Assembly: GCA_951406725.2 (NCBI GenBank)
Contig: OX597820.1
Location: 2,356,001-2,420,000, forward strand
Source: Octopus vulgaris
Taxonomy: Eukaryota
DNA length: 64,000 nt
Reading direction: 5' to 3'
Shown piece after piece: positions 29,342-46,071 of the stretch; position 1 is the stretch's first letter, and every line of letters begins with the position of its first letter. The translations under genes and the position numbers were made by a program. The notes beneath the pieces are model-generated. The model saw only the letters and a list, made by a program, of their open reading frames with translations. It did not search any database and was not told where the DNA came from.

Positions 29342-30197
29342 GTTTCAAATTTAATAACTTAATAACGATGAAGTTATTTTACAAAATTCTTCATTTTCAA
29401 ATCAAATTGAATTAATGGTAGTGTATTTCAGCAGAAATGTGGTAAGAAAAAGGTTAAGCGTAACAGTAGCAGAATCATTCTCTTTTGGTCTTGGGGTGCC
29501 TCTGAAAGCCATTGATACAAACCCTTTCTATTAAGCTGAGCTAAATAGATATGCGACAGCCTTGGTGTGTTTGAGAAAAGCGTATCTGGAAATCTTAGCG
29601 TAATTCTCTAAAGTGGCTCTTACTTTTCCAGCGATGTACATGCAATTGGATAAGTTAAAGAAAAAATACATTTCGTGATATCCATGGCATGATTTTCCGG
29701 AATACGACACTTTCGTAACACGGAAGGATACCTGCTAACGCACGCGCGTGCGCACCAAGCCGTGTATCTGTGAAAATATTTATAAATACGTATATAGTTT
29801 GAGATTCGAGTAAAAACCTTGACGAATGCTTTACAAAGCACGTCTTCAGTTATTGGCTACCTGATGTTACCACACCTTGGGAATCCTCCCACGACTAAAT
29901 ATACATCAGGAATGCCATAGTGTTCGTAGTGTTTTTATAGATAGATGCATGACAGAAAATGGAATTAACGACATTGTTTATTTAAAAATCACTCCAGTTG
30001 TTGCAACACATTCATACATATTTCCTTCATAGGTAATATGCTGTGCAATCATTATCTAACATCAAAGGTGTAGAATTCTTCGTTAGATCCTCTCACCATT
30101 TCACTCAGTTTCACAATGTATATTCCCCCAAGGAGACGCGTCACTCGCAGCAGTTTACAGACAAAACGAAGACCGTCGATATAACGACAGACAATCG

Positions 30198-30568
30198 CAG
30201 GCGTGGCTTTGTAGTGGGAAGTTTGATTCCCGAACACATGGCTCCGCGTTCAGTCCCACTGTCTTCATTCAAGCTCTGGGCCGACAAAAGTCTTGTGAGT
30301 GGATTTGGTAGGCGGAAACTGTAAGAAGCCCGTCATATATATATATATGTGTGTGTGTGTGCCTTTGTGTCTGTTTTTGTCTGCTACCCTACCACCACTT
30401 AACACCCAGTGATGGTGTGTTTGTGTCTTTGTAAACTAGCGGTTCGGTAAATGATACCGATAGAATAAATATTATGCTTTAAAAAAAGGTACTGAGGTCA
30501 ATTTGTTCGACTAAAATTCATCAAGGCGGTGCCCCAGCATGGCCGCAGTCTAATGAGTGAAACAGATA
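30198..30568 (+). mobile_element. SINE family B
   Basis: Same consensus, diverged. Confidence 0.75.
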
Positions 30569-31171
30569 TAAAATATATATATGATTTTTTTTAAATAAAC
30601 AAAAGTAAAGGGTCAGGCCAACTATAAATTACTATTCTTTTTTAATGGTTAGATTATAATAAATTATAGATTATAATAAATTATAGATTATAATAAATTA
30701 TAGATTATAAGGAAGAAAGTTCCAAACAAAGTAAAGAATAAAATAAAGAACAAAATAAAGTGTTTAAAGATAATAAGGGGTATAAGGAGGTTGAAAGCAC
30801 TTGGGTTGTTATCCATTGTCTCCTTGTCTCTCTTTCAAGGATCTAAATTTCCTTCCGTCTCTTGCGACGAAAACAACTTCCCCATCTCAGACAAGAACCA
30901 GCCTCGATTTCAAGTTGGTTGACGACCGTTTGGTTGTCGTCTGCTTTCTTTGAAACAATCAGAAAGAAAGATGAGTTAGTAGGCATCGTTACCCGTCCCC
31001 CGCACACATACATACATGGTGGCTGCCCCATCGTTATCGAATATGGCCATTGCACGAAGCTTAATCAATGTTGTTATCGTGCAATGCTTGTGCAAGAAGA
31101 TTTTTTTTTAAGTGAGGAAAGGCTGTGCACATACATACATACATACATACACAGAGACACACACACATTTG

Positions 31172-31233
<62 letters not shown>

Positions 31234-32037
31234 TACACATATACATGTGTGTGCATACATATGTATACATATACATACATATATGTATATTTATATGTAA
31301 GTATATACACACATACATGTATGTATATATATATATGAGTATATGTATATATATGTACATATATATACATATATATACATATATATATAATATATATAAT
31401 ATATATATATGTAAAATATGTATATACTCACACACACATGTACACGCACATGCACACACATACGCACACACACACATATGTATATATATATATATACCTA
31501 TATATATTACACACACACACACAATTCTTTTTCCGTGCTCGCTCTGTCACTTAGACACATTCTATACGTAGATCAACATCCGTTTATAATCCATTTCCGG
31601 AAAGTACAAAATTAGAAAATTAAAAAAGAAAAACTAAAATAAGGTAAACTAAAATGACAATGGTTTTGTAGTTAATTCTGGTATCTAACATTATAAAGTT
31701 ATGAAAGAACAATAGCAGAAGCCATTGCCCTGCTGACAGTCTGATTATTAACCGACTGTAATCATCACTGTCAGTGATAAGAAAAAGCGACAAAACTGGA
31801 GTAATTGGAGCGGTCAAGTAGGTTGCGTTTAGATAATGGTAATTGAAGGGAGATAATTAACGCGTGTTTGAAACCAGTATGTGCAGAATCGAGTTGAATT
31901 CCGCATCGAATGACGTCAGAGGAATGGATTATAAATAAATGTTGATCTAAGCGTAGAATGTGCCGATTCAGTAGAGAACAGAAAAACAACGTGTAACATA
32001 TATACGCATATATATATATATATATATACATATATAT

Positions 32038-32122
<85 letters not shown>

Positions 32123-32369
32123 ATATATATATATCAGTTTTACTCAGTTTCCCATTGCTAAAAGTTTCGTGGGTGCGGAAGGCGCGTCCATCTCATCAGA
32201 TGGTAGAAGCAGTTGAAATATATGTACCTACCAAAGGTTTTGAGAGCTACTATCTTTCGTTTGTTCAATCACTCGCACGTGTGGGTGTGTGGGGGGGGGT
32301 TATTGTGGGTCTGTCTGTCTATCTGTGCATATGTATGTATATATGTATGTATGTATGTATGTATGTGTG

Positions 32370-32400
<31 letters not shown>

Positions 32401-33415
32401 TGGAACAAATATTTTGGGCTTAACTCACAATGTTCGGATTTTCGTCAGTAAGGAGACCATGTGGGGTCGAAACACCGTGCCTAATAATTGAGAAACTTTA
32501 AAGCAAAAGAATTAGTTAATCCATATTATGATAATAATAAACAATCTAAGGTCAAATGTGAATACGTTAAGGATATGTATTTTGGATAAAGAAAGCATTT
32601 GTATGTCGAATTCTGCCATATGGAGGATGTTATCATAACATCTCATAACAGTAATAAGAAGAATGTGAGCCTAGCGAATGGAAGTTTATTTAATAACAGA
32701 CTAAATTAACTATGTAATTGTAGGAATCGTCTACAGTGTCCCTGAATAACCAATAACAAAGGAAAAATATAACCTATAACTGCTCTGTAACGCGCGAAAA
32801 AATATACTGTTATTGAGGCACTTCCGCCACAAAATTTTGAATCTATTTATATAAACATAAGTTTTCATTTAAATACAAGAGAAAAGAAAACATCCTTTCA
32901 TTAAGCAAATTTAATTGAAGCCAGAAAGAGAGGCTTCAGTAAATCCTGTATTAAACGGTCTGTAAAAGACAGTGCTCTGCCATATAATGAAGGGAAGACG
33001 CTGCAGATCCTTAAATCCATAATTAATAAGCGAAAGGATTTCATATCACGCTGCTCACATTTACACAGAAGACCTTTCCAAAGGTTCTCAAATAAATATA
33101 CTAATTAATTAGCGTACCTTAATAATGTATAAATACATAAATTCTAGTTTTTAGTTGATTTACTTTAGCTTATACTTCTTTGTAGGGATTAATATCATAT
33201 ATTCTTTTGTTCTTTTATTCTTTTACTTGTTTCAGTCATTTGACTGCGGCCATGCTGGAACACCGCCTTTAGTCGAACAAATCGACCCCAGGACTTATTC
33301 TTTTGTAAGCCTTATTCTATCAGGGGACGTAAACACACCAGCATAAATTGTCAAGCGATGCTGGAGACAAACATACACACACAAGCATATACACACGCAT
33401 ACATACATACATACA

Positions 33416-33451
<36 letters not shown>

Positions 33452-33603
33452 TATATATATGTATAATGATATTTCATATATATACATATATATATATTAT
33501 ATATATATATACATGTATATATATATATATAAATATATATATATTCATATATATATTATATATATATGCATGTATATATATATATATAACTATATATATA
33601 TAT

Positions 33604-35197
<1,594 letters not shown>

Positions 35198-35801
35198 TTT
35201 CATTCATTTTATGTAATATAATTTTACTTCATATAATTTCTCGACCATCAAAAGCATTTAATTCGACATCATTGTTATCAGAAGGCAATTTTCTTTTCCT
35301 GCTTCAGTGAATTCATTCTGTTTTCTATTGTTGAGTCGCACTTAACGACATCACAGATTACATTACAATTCTATCGTGACAAGATGCAAACAACTACTAG
35401 CAGTCGTTAAACTAAGAATATCTGATAAGAAAAAAATACCGTCCTTGACTATGAAACGGTTTCTGGACATTAAATAGAGACAGCAGTCTGGCATTTATTA
35501 GTTGTAAACCACTTCCACATTATGACAATATATATAAAAACTTAGCAGAAGCATTCAAGCTCATAAAAAAAAAAACTAGTTTGGCAGCTACGCGCTTTGC
35601 ATCTGTGGCAATTTAATCGATTAAGCATGCATACCGAAATTTGCTGTGCTTGTGTTGTGCTAGGCTATTCGAAACACATGTCAGCTAAATAAATTGTTGG
35701 TAATGCACCTTCTTTTGCTTTATGCTATGTGTGTGTGTGTTTGTGCATATGTATGTATGCATGCATGTATGTATGTATAAATGAAATTATGATCATCATC
35801 A

Positions 35802-35885
<84 letters not shown>

Positions 35886-36386
35886 GCCATGATGCAGTAC
35901 CGGGCACTGGGTGACATGGCTTCTGATCTTAACTGATTGGAAGTGTTATCATGTACATTGTTTTGTCTTGGTATAAAAGATGGGCTACAGTAAATATTTT
36001 GCTCAATACCACAGATTTGCTTGTCAGTTGCTTAACCTTAACCAGTTCAGAATGTCCCTTGATGGCTGACGATAGGTGCACCTCTAATTACGAGCAGGAG
36101 TAGTGAAGGAGCATCATAGCTATGTCGAGAGAAATTCTTTGGGCTTTGAATATTTCACCTCGGGAAACATGAATCTTTCGTTCAACATCCTTAAACAACT
36201 CTTAATCAGGGCTGCTCGACCTGAAGAAAATTCTAACTGGTCCCCACCTGCAAGGTCATGCGCTATTTATTTTGATATACTGTCACCATGTCACGCACAA
36301 ATAGTTGTGTTGAATATTCCTGGTGTACCCTTATCAGATGGGTAGTCATGATGGGTGTACTGGACTTTGTATATGCTCTCTCACTC

Positions 36387-36442
<56 letters not shown>

Positions 36443-36674
36443 GAGCACTCAGAGAGCGCAAACCTCTGTCAAGGCAACACCAACGAACTCTCAACGATTA
36501 GCCAGAGAGGATTTTTAAAATGAGAATATCTGAAATAAACTCGACTCCTCTCACAAATGAGAATACTAAAAATGAGCCCGACAGCTCTCAAAAATTAAGT
36601 AAAAAAACGGAAAAATAATCCAGAATCGTTGTCCAGTACCAGATCGATCCCAACACTTCTGCAACACTTCTGTG

Positions 36675-36898
36675 AAGACATTTATAAATTTAAGTAAAAT
36701 AAGGACTTTGTAGTAGTTTTAAAATGTGGCATCTAAGAACAATAGCTGTGCCTGTGATCGTGGGTGCTTTGAGGATAATACCAAAAAGCACTCTTTAATA
36801 TTGTTTCCAAATACCAGGAAACTCCTAGACATCTGAACTACAGAAAAATTATTCTCATGAGTACTGCCCACATCCTAAGAAAAACATTGTCAACTTGA
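36675..36898 (+). mobile_element. Degenerate R4/Dong-like 3' fragment
   Basis: MWHL..TIAVPVIVGAL..IPGN..IILMSTAHILRKTLST* with stops and frameshifts. Confidence 0.7.
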
Positions 36899-38194
36899 AA
36901 ATACCTGATTGAATGATACTGCAGGGTGTCAAAAACATAGTGATATCCGTTTGGCAGCTGATGATTGGAATATATTTTTGATATTCTTGCTGTCTGTGAA
37001 TCTTTTATATGTTGGGTCGCGTTCTTCTGAGTTGTCCTTCATTCTTGTAATGTTGAACTTGTTTAAGGGTTTATGGTTTAATGTGATTACATATATTGAT
37101 ATTGCGTGATCGTCTTCATTGGGAATCGTTCTTGGCTAGGACGACACTTAAGGGCTTCTAGTTTGGGAGTTTTGTGACATATATTTGGTGAGCTTTCACA
37201 CAGTTTCGCTCATATGAAAGTGGTCGGCTTGGGACTAGAGTAGAAAACACTCGCCCATGATGTCGCGCAGAGGGACCGAACCCAAAACCACGAGCTTCTT
37301 AAAGACAAGGCATGCCTGCACTGATATATCACGAGATCACGTGATCGAGCCGACAGTCCGATGGTCACAATGCGCTTTGTCTCGTTTTACCTTCCGAATG
37401 ATGGCACCACCCAGCTGGTTAGGCGAGCTGGCCAACGTTGCCCCCTGATCGGAAGGCTAGTCCATCACAGAGTGACCTAGTTACAGATGAGTGGACTGGT
37501 GCATTGTGAAATGAAGTGTTTCGCTCAAGAACACAACGCATCTCCCGGACCGGAAATCGAAATTACAATCGCTAGATCGTGAGTGCCACACCCTAACCGC
37601 TTGGCCATGCGCTTTCACTTGAAAATATTGGTGTATATATCGATGCAACGAGTCGGATTTCTTTACTCTTCAACAAACAGACGACTAATGAGTGCGGAAA
37701 CAACAACTGGTTTCGATAAAATCGATTAAAAAGCCTTGAACGTGGTGTCCCACAATGATTGCAACCCAGTGACTGAAACCAGTAAAAGACTACGATACAT
37801 CAATATAACATATCGATATAGAATAGATCAATATAATATATTGGTGATATATCAGCATGTACTGCTACAAATGAAGATTTATATTTCTCTTCCAGCGCGA
37901 AAGATCTCGTTAGCTTTACACCATTGAGATATAACAATATCGAAGTTAATCCGTTGCAACCAATTCACTGACGGCCGCCACAAATATAATTAGAAATAGC
38001 AAACCACACATGATTGCTCAAAAGGCCGCCACTGAGAACAAACGCAGATTATTGCTTCTGACTTCTTTAAACACACATTTCATTACTTTTTCTGTGGGGT
38101 ATGAGACGTCTTGACACAGCAGTTTTGGCGCCGTATCTTTGCCGTTACTGATTCGACGCTGCGTAATTTGACATCAGACATTTTAATGTTTCTC

Positions 38195-38390
38195 TTTTCT
38201 TCTTCTTCTTCTTCTTCTTCTTCTTCTTCTTCTTCTTCTTCTTCTTCTTCTTCTTCTTCTTCTTCTTCTTCTCCTCCTCCTTCTTCTTCTTCTTCTTCTT
38301 CTTCTTCTTCTTCTTCTCCTCCTCCTCCTCCTTCTTCTTCTTCTTCTTCTTCTTCTTCTTCTTCTTCTTCTTCTTCTTCTTCTTCTTCTT
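38195..38390. repeat. (TTC)n microsatellite
   Basis: Seen directly. Confidence 0.97.
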
Positions 38391-38499
38391 TCTCTCTCTC
38401 TCCCTCTCAAGTTCTCTCTCTTCCTCTCTCTTTCTAGCTCTCATTCTCTCTCTCTTTCTAGCTCTCATTCTCTCTCTCTTTCACTCTGTCTCTCTAGCA

Positions 38500-38573
<74 letters not shown>

Positions 38574-39030
38574 AAGTATCTGAGCATACTTCATGCATTT
38601 GACGAGAGGAAAAGTGTTCGTCTCCGTCATGTTCAATAGACAAATTCTGCTCCCTATTTATCTATCTATCTATCTAACTGTGTGTGTGTGTGTCCCCCTC
38701 TTTATCTAAATCGTCTACCTCACCAGTCTATTTACTAGTTTTATTTGCATGGAGGAATGGACGTGGTTTAACTCTCCGTACTCCTTCTTCACCGTATCTG
38801 GTTTAAACTTCTAATTTGAATCATTTCAGTTCATTTGAGTCTCTAATGATTCAAGAAACTGACACGACGTTATCCTCTTCTATTTGCCCCTTGCCTAAAA
38901 TCTGAACCCCTCGTCCTCCATATGAAATCAATGATCGATTATGATTACACAATCAACAAAATCAAGGAAATACTTGCTATTTTAGTTTCTGTAAACCGAT
39001 TATGTATCTCCCTTTTTGGTGTTACCAGCC

Positions 39031-39269
39031 ACAGGAGTGGCTGTGTGGTAAGAAGCAGAGTTTTTTGGTTCAGTCCCACTCTGTGGCACCTTGGGCTATA
39101 GCCTCGGGCCGACCAAAGCCTTGTGAAATGATTTGGTAGACGGAAGCTGAAAGAAGTCCGTCGTATATGTATATATGTGGGGGGTGTATATTTTATATAT
39201 ACACACACACACACACATATACATACATATATATATATATATACATATACATACATACATACATACATC

Positions 39270-39312
<43 letters not shown>

Positions 39313-39529
39313 GTATATATTTGTCTGTCTGTGTTTGTCCCCCCACCATTGATTGACAGCCGATGTTGGTGTGTTTACGTCCCCGTAACTTAACGGTTGG
39401 GCAAAAGAGACCAATAGAATAAGTACTAGGCTTATAACGAATAGGTCCTGAGGTCGGTTTGTTCGTCTAAAGGCGGTGCTCCAGCATGGCCGCAGTCAAA
39501 TGACCGAAACAAATAAAAGAATAAAAGAA
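39031..39529 (+). mobile_element. SINE family B
   Basis: Same consensus as 59536. Confidence 0.8.
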
Positions 39530-39622
39530 TACACATGCGCGTGCGCACACGCACGCACACAAAGAAGACAACATGGAGTAGACAAGTCTTAAATAGTTTA
39601 ACGCTTCACAAGAAAGGAAATA

Positions 39623-39659
39623 CTCTTGACGTTTCGGACGCTAGTCCTTCATCAAAGAA
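39623..39659 (-). ncRNA. Degenerate minimal hammerhead motif
   Basis: Minus strand: ttctt-TGATGA-a-ggac-tagc-gtcc-GAAA-cg-TC-aagag; the core C is missing. Confidence 0.5.
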
Positions 39660-40097
39660 AAAAATTGGAAAAGATGATTGGAAAAAGGGTTAAAAACCAC
39701 TTGGAAATGTGAGTTTATGTTGGAGAGTTAGGAAGTGAGAAGGAGTCGAGGTGGTATGTGAATGTATAGAAGGATATTCTTGTATAGAAATGGTCATAAG
39801 GGCGAGGTGTGAGCGTGTGAGTGGTGCTATGGGATGAATGGTTTCTTGAGGCGTGTATAGGTGTGTGGAGATATGCAAGTAGAAAAGGATGTGCTGGTGT
39901 AATTGTTTGCATGTGAGAAAAAGGGGTGGAGGAAAGGATGGGGAGGTAGGCGCGATGAAATGAAAGAGAAAGTAAAAAGAATGTATTGCTTAAGAAAAAA
40001 AAAACAGATTAAAACAGTGAAAAATATTTGTAAAAATAGCACTGCAACGCCCAAGAAAGTAATCGCACACACACACACACACTCACACATGTACATA

Positions 40098-40314
<217 letters not shown>

Positions 40315-40439
40315 CATTATTTATATATGAATGTATGTATGTATCAATATTAATTTCTTTTTCTTAATTGTCTTTTCCATTCCAGCAATTTTCTAATTCT
40401 TTACAATTTCTCTTTTTCTCTTTTAACAATCTCCATCAT

Positions 40440-40474
<35 letters not shown>

Positions 40475-40564
40475 CACACATACACGCACACATGCACACA
40501 TACACGCACACATACATATATACATACATTTACATGCATGCCCACAACCATGCATGCCCACAAC

Positions 40565-40613
<49 letters not shown>

Positions 40614-40630
40614 CTGCACACACATTAAAG

Positions 40631-41023
40631 ATGCAGGACCACATAAAGATCGAGATTAGCGATGCCACCGAAATGGTGCCGATGAGCAACAACGACGCCG
40701 TGGCCAATAAAACCAACGTCGATGCCAATGGACCGTGTCCAGAGAACGGCGTGCCTCCACCTTTGCTCAACAACGACTTCACGTGCGCCGTCAATGACAA
40801 CTACAGACCAGTCAGTCCCACCGACACGGAACCAACGAACGGACCGATCGTCGAAGACGTCTACGACATTCCGGAAAACCTTCGCAGAAAGACACAACAA
40901 CAACAACAACGACGGCAGGAACAACAACAAAAAGAACTGCAGCAGCAGCAGCAGCAGCCGGCATCGAACGAAAATATCGATGACGGTGAGACAAAGAAAT
41001 TGGTCCCTGCACCTGGTACGTAA
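40631..41023 (+). CDS. Probable cytoplasmic exon of the TNFR-like gene (ends at donor 41015 or TAA 41023)
   Basis: GC-richer, coding-like frame MQDHIKIEISDATEMVPMS...VEDVYDIPENLRRK-polyQ-...KKLVPAPGT*. The ag acceptor at 40629-40630 is phase 0 but has a CA repeat instead of a pyrimidine tract. Donor CCTG|gtacgt (phase 1). Linkage to the upstream exons is inferred from phase. Confidence 0.62.
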   Translation: MQDHIKIEISDATEMVPMSNNDAVANKTNVDANGPCPENGVPPPLLNNDFTCAVNDNYRPVSPTDTEPTNGPIVEDVYDIPENLRRKTQQQQQRRQEQQQKELQQQQQQPASNENIDDGETKKLVPAPGT

Positions 41024-41964
41024 AATTATGACGAAAACTGATGCCGACCTTGGCAGTTGCGGTGGTGGTGGTGGTGGTGGTGGTGGTGGTGGCGGTGCTA
41101 ATGGTGGCGGTGTTGTTGGTATTAGTGTTTATATGATGGTGTTAGAATTGATGGTGGTGGTCATAACTGGTGACTATTTTATTATATTATTTTTGTTGGT
41201 AATAATAATGTTAGTGATGGTAATGATGAAAAAAGTAACTGAGAAAAAAAATTAAAAGATTAAAAAATTAAAAAATAATGTTTCAAAAATGATTAAAAAA
41301 ATATCAAAATATAAATCAACACAAAAAAAATCAAAAGTAAACCTGCTATTAGAAGCATTAACATCTTCAAGATCGATCAAAGACAGCAGACGATGAAGTG
41401 AAACGGTTTCATATATTTTGACTTCCCGTTTGATGTTTAATGGAAGTATATCAATAGTGCTGGCTTTTTTGGCTATTAAGACTTTACGCACACGCACAAA
41501 AAACAAAAACAAAGAAAAAAAAAACAAGGAATAGTGTTTATTAGAAATCTATGTATATATATATATAGCTTTCTAAACCATCCACAACCTTTAAAGCTGG
41601 GATATTTCATCTGGAATTTAGTGTTCGGGAAGTTAATATGCCATTTAGTTGCAAATAAATCAATATAATAATTAGTTTGCTTTCAATATATTCAACTGAT
41701 TAGTCGGGACGATGGACGAGCGGATCAAGGCGTTGTGCTTTTATAAAAGTTTTCAGAGAAATTCTGCTGTAGACAGAAATATAGTTTTCATACCATGTGA
41801 TGCGCCATCTTGATTTCTCTAATACCTCTCATAGTCTACTCCTTTGTGGTTTCAGGAGTTATGCGGTGAAATCGGCCGCTGTCCTTCCCACATCTTGAAT
41901 TAAAAATAGAGAAATTCAGATTTTAAAAATGACATTTAGTTATTTCTATATCGATATTATGATG

Positions 41965-42125
41965 GTGAGTGTTGTAGAACTAGAGTGAAGCTCCGGGAGA
42001 GTGCTGTAGAGATAGAAGTAAGCTCTTGGAGAGTTGTTGTAGAGATAGAGATAATCCCCTGGGGAGTAATGTAGAGCTAGAGATTAACTCCAGGAATGTG
42101 TTGTAGAGCTAAGCTCCTGGTGAGT
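41965..42125. repeat. Diverged ~30-bp minisatellite (gagtgttgtagagctagag..aagctcc..g)
   Basis: About five imperfect units. Confidence 0.7.
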
Positions 42126-44263
42126 CCAGTCCACGACCTCGTTTCTTTCTCCTTCAATTCATTTTCGCCGCTTGTTAACCCATGCTAAACACAACTTATG
42201 CTACAACATTCCATTTGCCTCTTACTTTCAAACATAAGTCATTTTGTACCAAGTCAAAGCAAAATCTTTATACCAATTACTTAATTTCTTCTATCATAGC
42301 TGCCTGCAAAGCTGCCAAGGAGACTAGGTTGTTGGATTCGAAGTCTATAAAAGAGAATGGGGAAAGATTGTTAAAATCAAATCTTAGCTTTCTCACTAAA
42401 CATTAATTTTTCCATAATTTATGCTGTCCTGTATAAAACAAAATCTTGGCAGTATTCCACCCCGACAAAATAACATTAATTTATCACGAGAAATATTTCA
42501 ATAATTGTTGTAAAAATATTTTCCTGAGTCAATTACTTCCAAATATATAGAATTTTACCCAATCTCCAACAGACGGGGTTATTTTTAGTCATAAATATAG
42601 TTTTGTTTATGTTCAATTACTAATCTACTTCAGTAGTTTAAACTTCTTCAGATTAAAATTTAATTAGTTTCATCAATTATATCCCATAATTCACAGAGAT
42701 GTTTGAACTTCGATTCATATTGGGATTGAAGAAAAGATCCACATGAATGGGTCTTCCATTGACTCTAGTCTAAATCCATCGATATCAACATATTGATTGA
42801 TACATTGCAGTACTTTAACCAAACGAAACAATGGTGTTGGCGTTGGTGGTGGTGGCGGTGGTAGTGGTGGTAGTGGTGGTAGTGGTGGTGGTGATGGTGT
42901 TATGTAGGTCAGATCATCTATGATTGAGGAGATCTTTGGCACTTAAGTTGTCTGCTGAAAGTCTAGGTATAATCCATTGATCCATATCTGTGGATATACA
43001 GTATTATACAGATGCGGATCTTATTGCACACACTGACACATTGTGATTGATCGTATGCAATACAATTTTATAGACTGGGCAATGGACGCTGTGTAGCATA
43101 ATTGCCAACAAAAATCTCGTTTAATGCAACGGTGTAGTGTACCTTCTGACAGCATTTATTTCTTGTAAAAGGGAGAACTGTAGACAGCTAAATACTTTTT
43201 CTTTCAATGCCATAGAGAAATATGCATTAATGGGACACGAAATCCCGACTGTTTGGTCACTAAGCTAGTAACCTATCGACTCGGTCAGTCGCAAACCTTT
43301 TCCCTCAAATATAATTTAATTTTGGAAACCGAAATATCATTTAATTAATTTCCGCTGACAGGTTCTAATTAACTTCAACGCATAAATCTTATTGTTCACA
43401 AATCAGTGAATCTTTTGGCCAAAGATCAAATCTTGTCTTTCAACAGTTTTCTGCCTTAATTCGTTTTATTTTTCTAACATTCGCTTCATTTCTCACTAAA
43501 AATGCATTTTGCACAAATGTTTTTTTCCCGCTTCAATCTCCATTTCTCTCATCTTCCAGCTTTTTTTCATTTCTCTCTTCCCACACATTAACCTTGCTTC
43601 CAACGAGCTTTATTTAGCTTTTTTCAATGGTTGCAGACAAAAACAGCTCAGTCAATCGACATTGCCAGGTTTGTATTGTATATTGTTCATCTTTATATCG
43701 GCTTCGAAAGTATAAGAGGAAAGAAAGTGTTGCATCCATGTGTAATATTTTTTCTCGATTTCATTTCAAGCCAAAGAGTATAAATATATATATATATATT
43801 AAATAAATATATCGAATAAATGTGTGATTACAATTCTTGATATTTCTACTGTATTTTAAACGATCCTTTTGTAAATTATTTTAAAAGATCTTTTTTGTAA
43901 ATGAGCTGCTTGGTTTTACAGACTATATTTGCTTTCAAGTCAATTAAATTAAGAATCTTTGCTGAACGATTCTATCACAAGGAAAGTTGCGTGTGTAGAT
44001 GTGCGTGTGTATTTAAAATTGAAAATAAAATGAAAGTACCAAATGATTTTACTTATATTACCGTATGTATATGTGTTCTGTTGGCCAGCGCACGCATTCG
44101 TGTTATATCAGTCATTTGAAATGCATAAATGGTATTCTTGTAAATACAATTTTATAGATGTTTTTGTAAATATTCTTGTAGACATTCTTGTAAATGTAAT
44201 TTTACTGAAGAGGTTCAACTTAACCGTAAACGACAGACATTGTATTTATATCTAAAGCAGAAC

Positions 44264-44302
<39 letters not shown>

Positions 44303-45428
44303 CAAGCAGATAGAATGAACAGGCTTTAATCTAAATCACAATTGTTCTTGTGCATTATCGTCGGCTGTTGATTGCTGGCTGCTTTACATATCATGTGATA
44401 ATGTAAACACTCGTTTTGCAAGACTCAAAGCGAAGTTGAACCTAAACTCACCAAGATATCAAGACGGGAGGACAAAAGAAAATGAGAGAAGGCTTATGCA
44501 AAAGTTCCACCAAGAAGACAATAGCAGTGGAGGATAATGAATTAATATGTCAAGTAAATATTTCTGGGACCTACAGGAAAGATTATGCTGAAACAAAAGG
44601 AGAAAATGCCGCTCTTTACATGAAGAAAACGAAGAATGAAAGACCAAATTTGAAGAATTAACTAATGAAACTGAAATGTTAAAGCTTGAAAATGAAACTT
44701 TATCTGACCGGCATCGAAAGTCAAGAATTTTGGAAATCTTGTATAGTCTGCCAAAAGAAGAATACAGAAGACAGAGAAGGTTCAAAAGATGCTACCTCTA
44801 CTGATGAAGCTCATTGCTAAAAATGAATATTTTGCTAGAACACTGAATACTACGTTATTAGCCTTGAGAGACCCTCTTATTGGCGGCGGTTGGGGCATAA
44901 AAGCACACACATAGATCGTAGCAGACGAGAGGCGACCATGACAGAGGATTGTCGTCTGTTACGGTCTTTATACACCAAACGCCTATAAGAGGGTCTCTCA
45001 AGGCTAATAACACATTATTTAGTGTTCTAACAATTTATCCATATTTAGTTGGATATAAAGATTACCTTTTGGTTTTAACACCGCTTCCGTCGCTAATAAT
45101 TGATTATTACGTCTGGTTTTATTATAGTTTTCTAATCTTTATGAAAATTAAACTTGAGAATTTCTTAGAAAACAGTAACTATGCAGTGAAACATTTTCTA
45201 TAGGTATATTAGTCACCAATGTTTAACTTTTTTAAGCTTGGGTATAATGAGCGGGGGACAAGAGTAGGTGTCAGCATGGCCCTGTGGTTAAGAAGCTCGC
45301 TTTGCAACCATGTGGCTTCGTGTTCATTCCCACTGCGTGGCAATTTGGGCAAGGATCTTCTACTATAGCCCCAGCCCCACTAATGCTTTGTGAATGAATT
45401 TCGTAGACAAACTGTGTGAAAGCCAGTC

Positions 45429-45494
<66 letters not shown>

Positions 45495-45853
45495 CCGTTT
45501 GTGTTTGGTCTCCACTACTAGATAACAAGCGTTGGGTTGTTCACATCCCCCTATATAAACACACACACACATACACATAAATACATATTAGAGGGAAACC
45601 ACTATGTGGACACCCTTATGCTAGAAATAGATCCGCTATGGTCTTACCACTAAGAAATGTTCTCAAGAAAAATTTAATATATATATATAATGGAGAAATT
45701 GCACAAAATGTATAAATGGATGATGAGTAAAGCGCCGGTACAGTTTCGATTCCCTGTTGTCATCCGTAGATTTACTGAAGGGACTTCGTAGTGGAGGTTG
45801 GGGTAACAGTATTAATAAAATAGGAGATGGAATGTGTAATGGACTTTATTGGT

Positions 45854-45893
45854 TACAACACATGTTTCTACCTGTTCTGGATCTCTTCGGGTA
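45854..45893 (-). ncRNA. Degenerate hammerhead motif within TA-flanked insert 45690-45965
   Basis: Minus strand: tac-CCGAAGA-gatccagaacaggta-GAAA-catgtg-TT-gta, then AATAAA; stem II is weak. Confidence 0.45.
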
Positions 45894-45966
45894 CATCAAT
45901 AAAAAGTCTCGCTAGAGATTTTCTGATTCGGTTTTACGTACCGCTATATGTCCATCAACTTATATG

Positions 45967-45999
<33 letters not shown>

Positions 46000-46033
46000 C
46001 TTTATTCAAAAGCAGCAGAAAATTCAACAAAAC

Positions 46034-46071
46034 CTGTTACTCTGAGTTTCACGTTCCCGCTCGTCGGACAG
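46034..46071 (-). ncRNA. Very compact hammerhead ribozyme motif
   Basis: Minus strand: ctgt-CCGACGA-gcg-ggaa-cgt-GAAA-ctcagag-TA-acag, then AATAAA and (TA)n. Confidence 0.72.

Noticed and set aside
30840-30916. Candidate extra exon after tctctctttcaag
   Set aside because: Good acceptor, but no frame gives consistent phases with both neighbouring exons; needs RNA-seq.
32445-32490. gacc..ggtc-GAAA-caccgtg hammerhead-like half
   Set aside because: CTGANGA and the cleavage triplet are absent; too degenerate to call.
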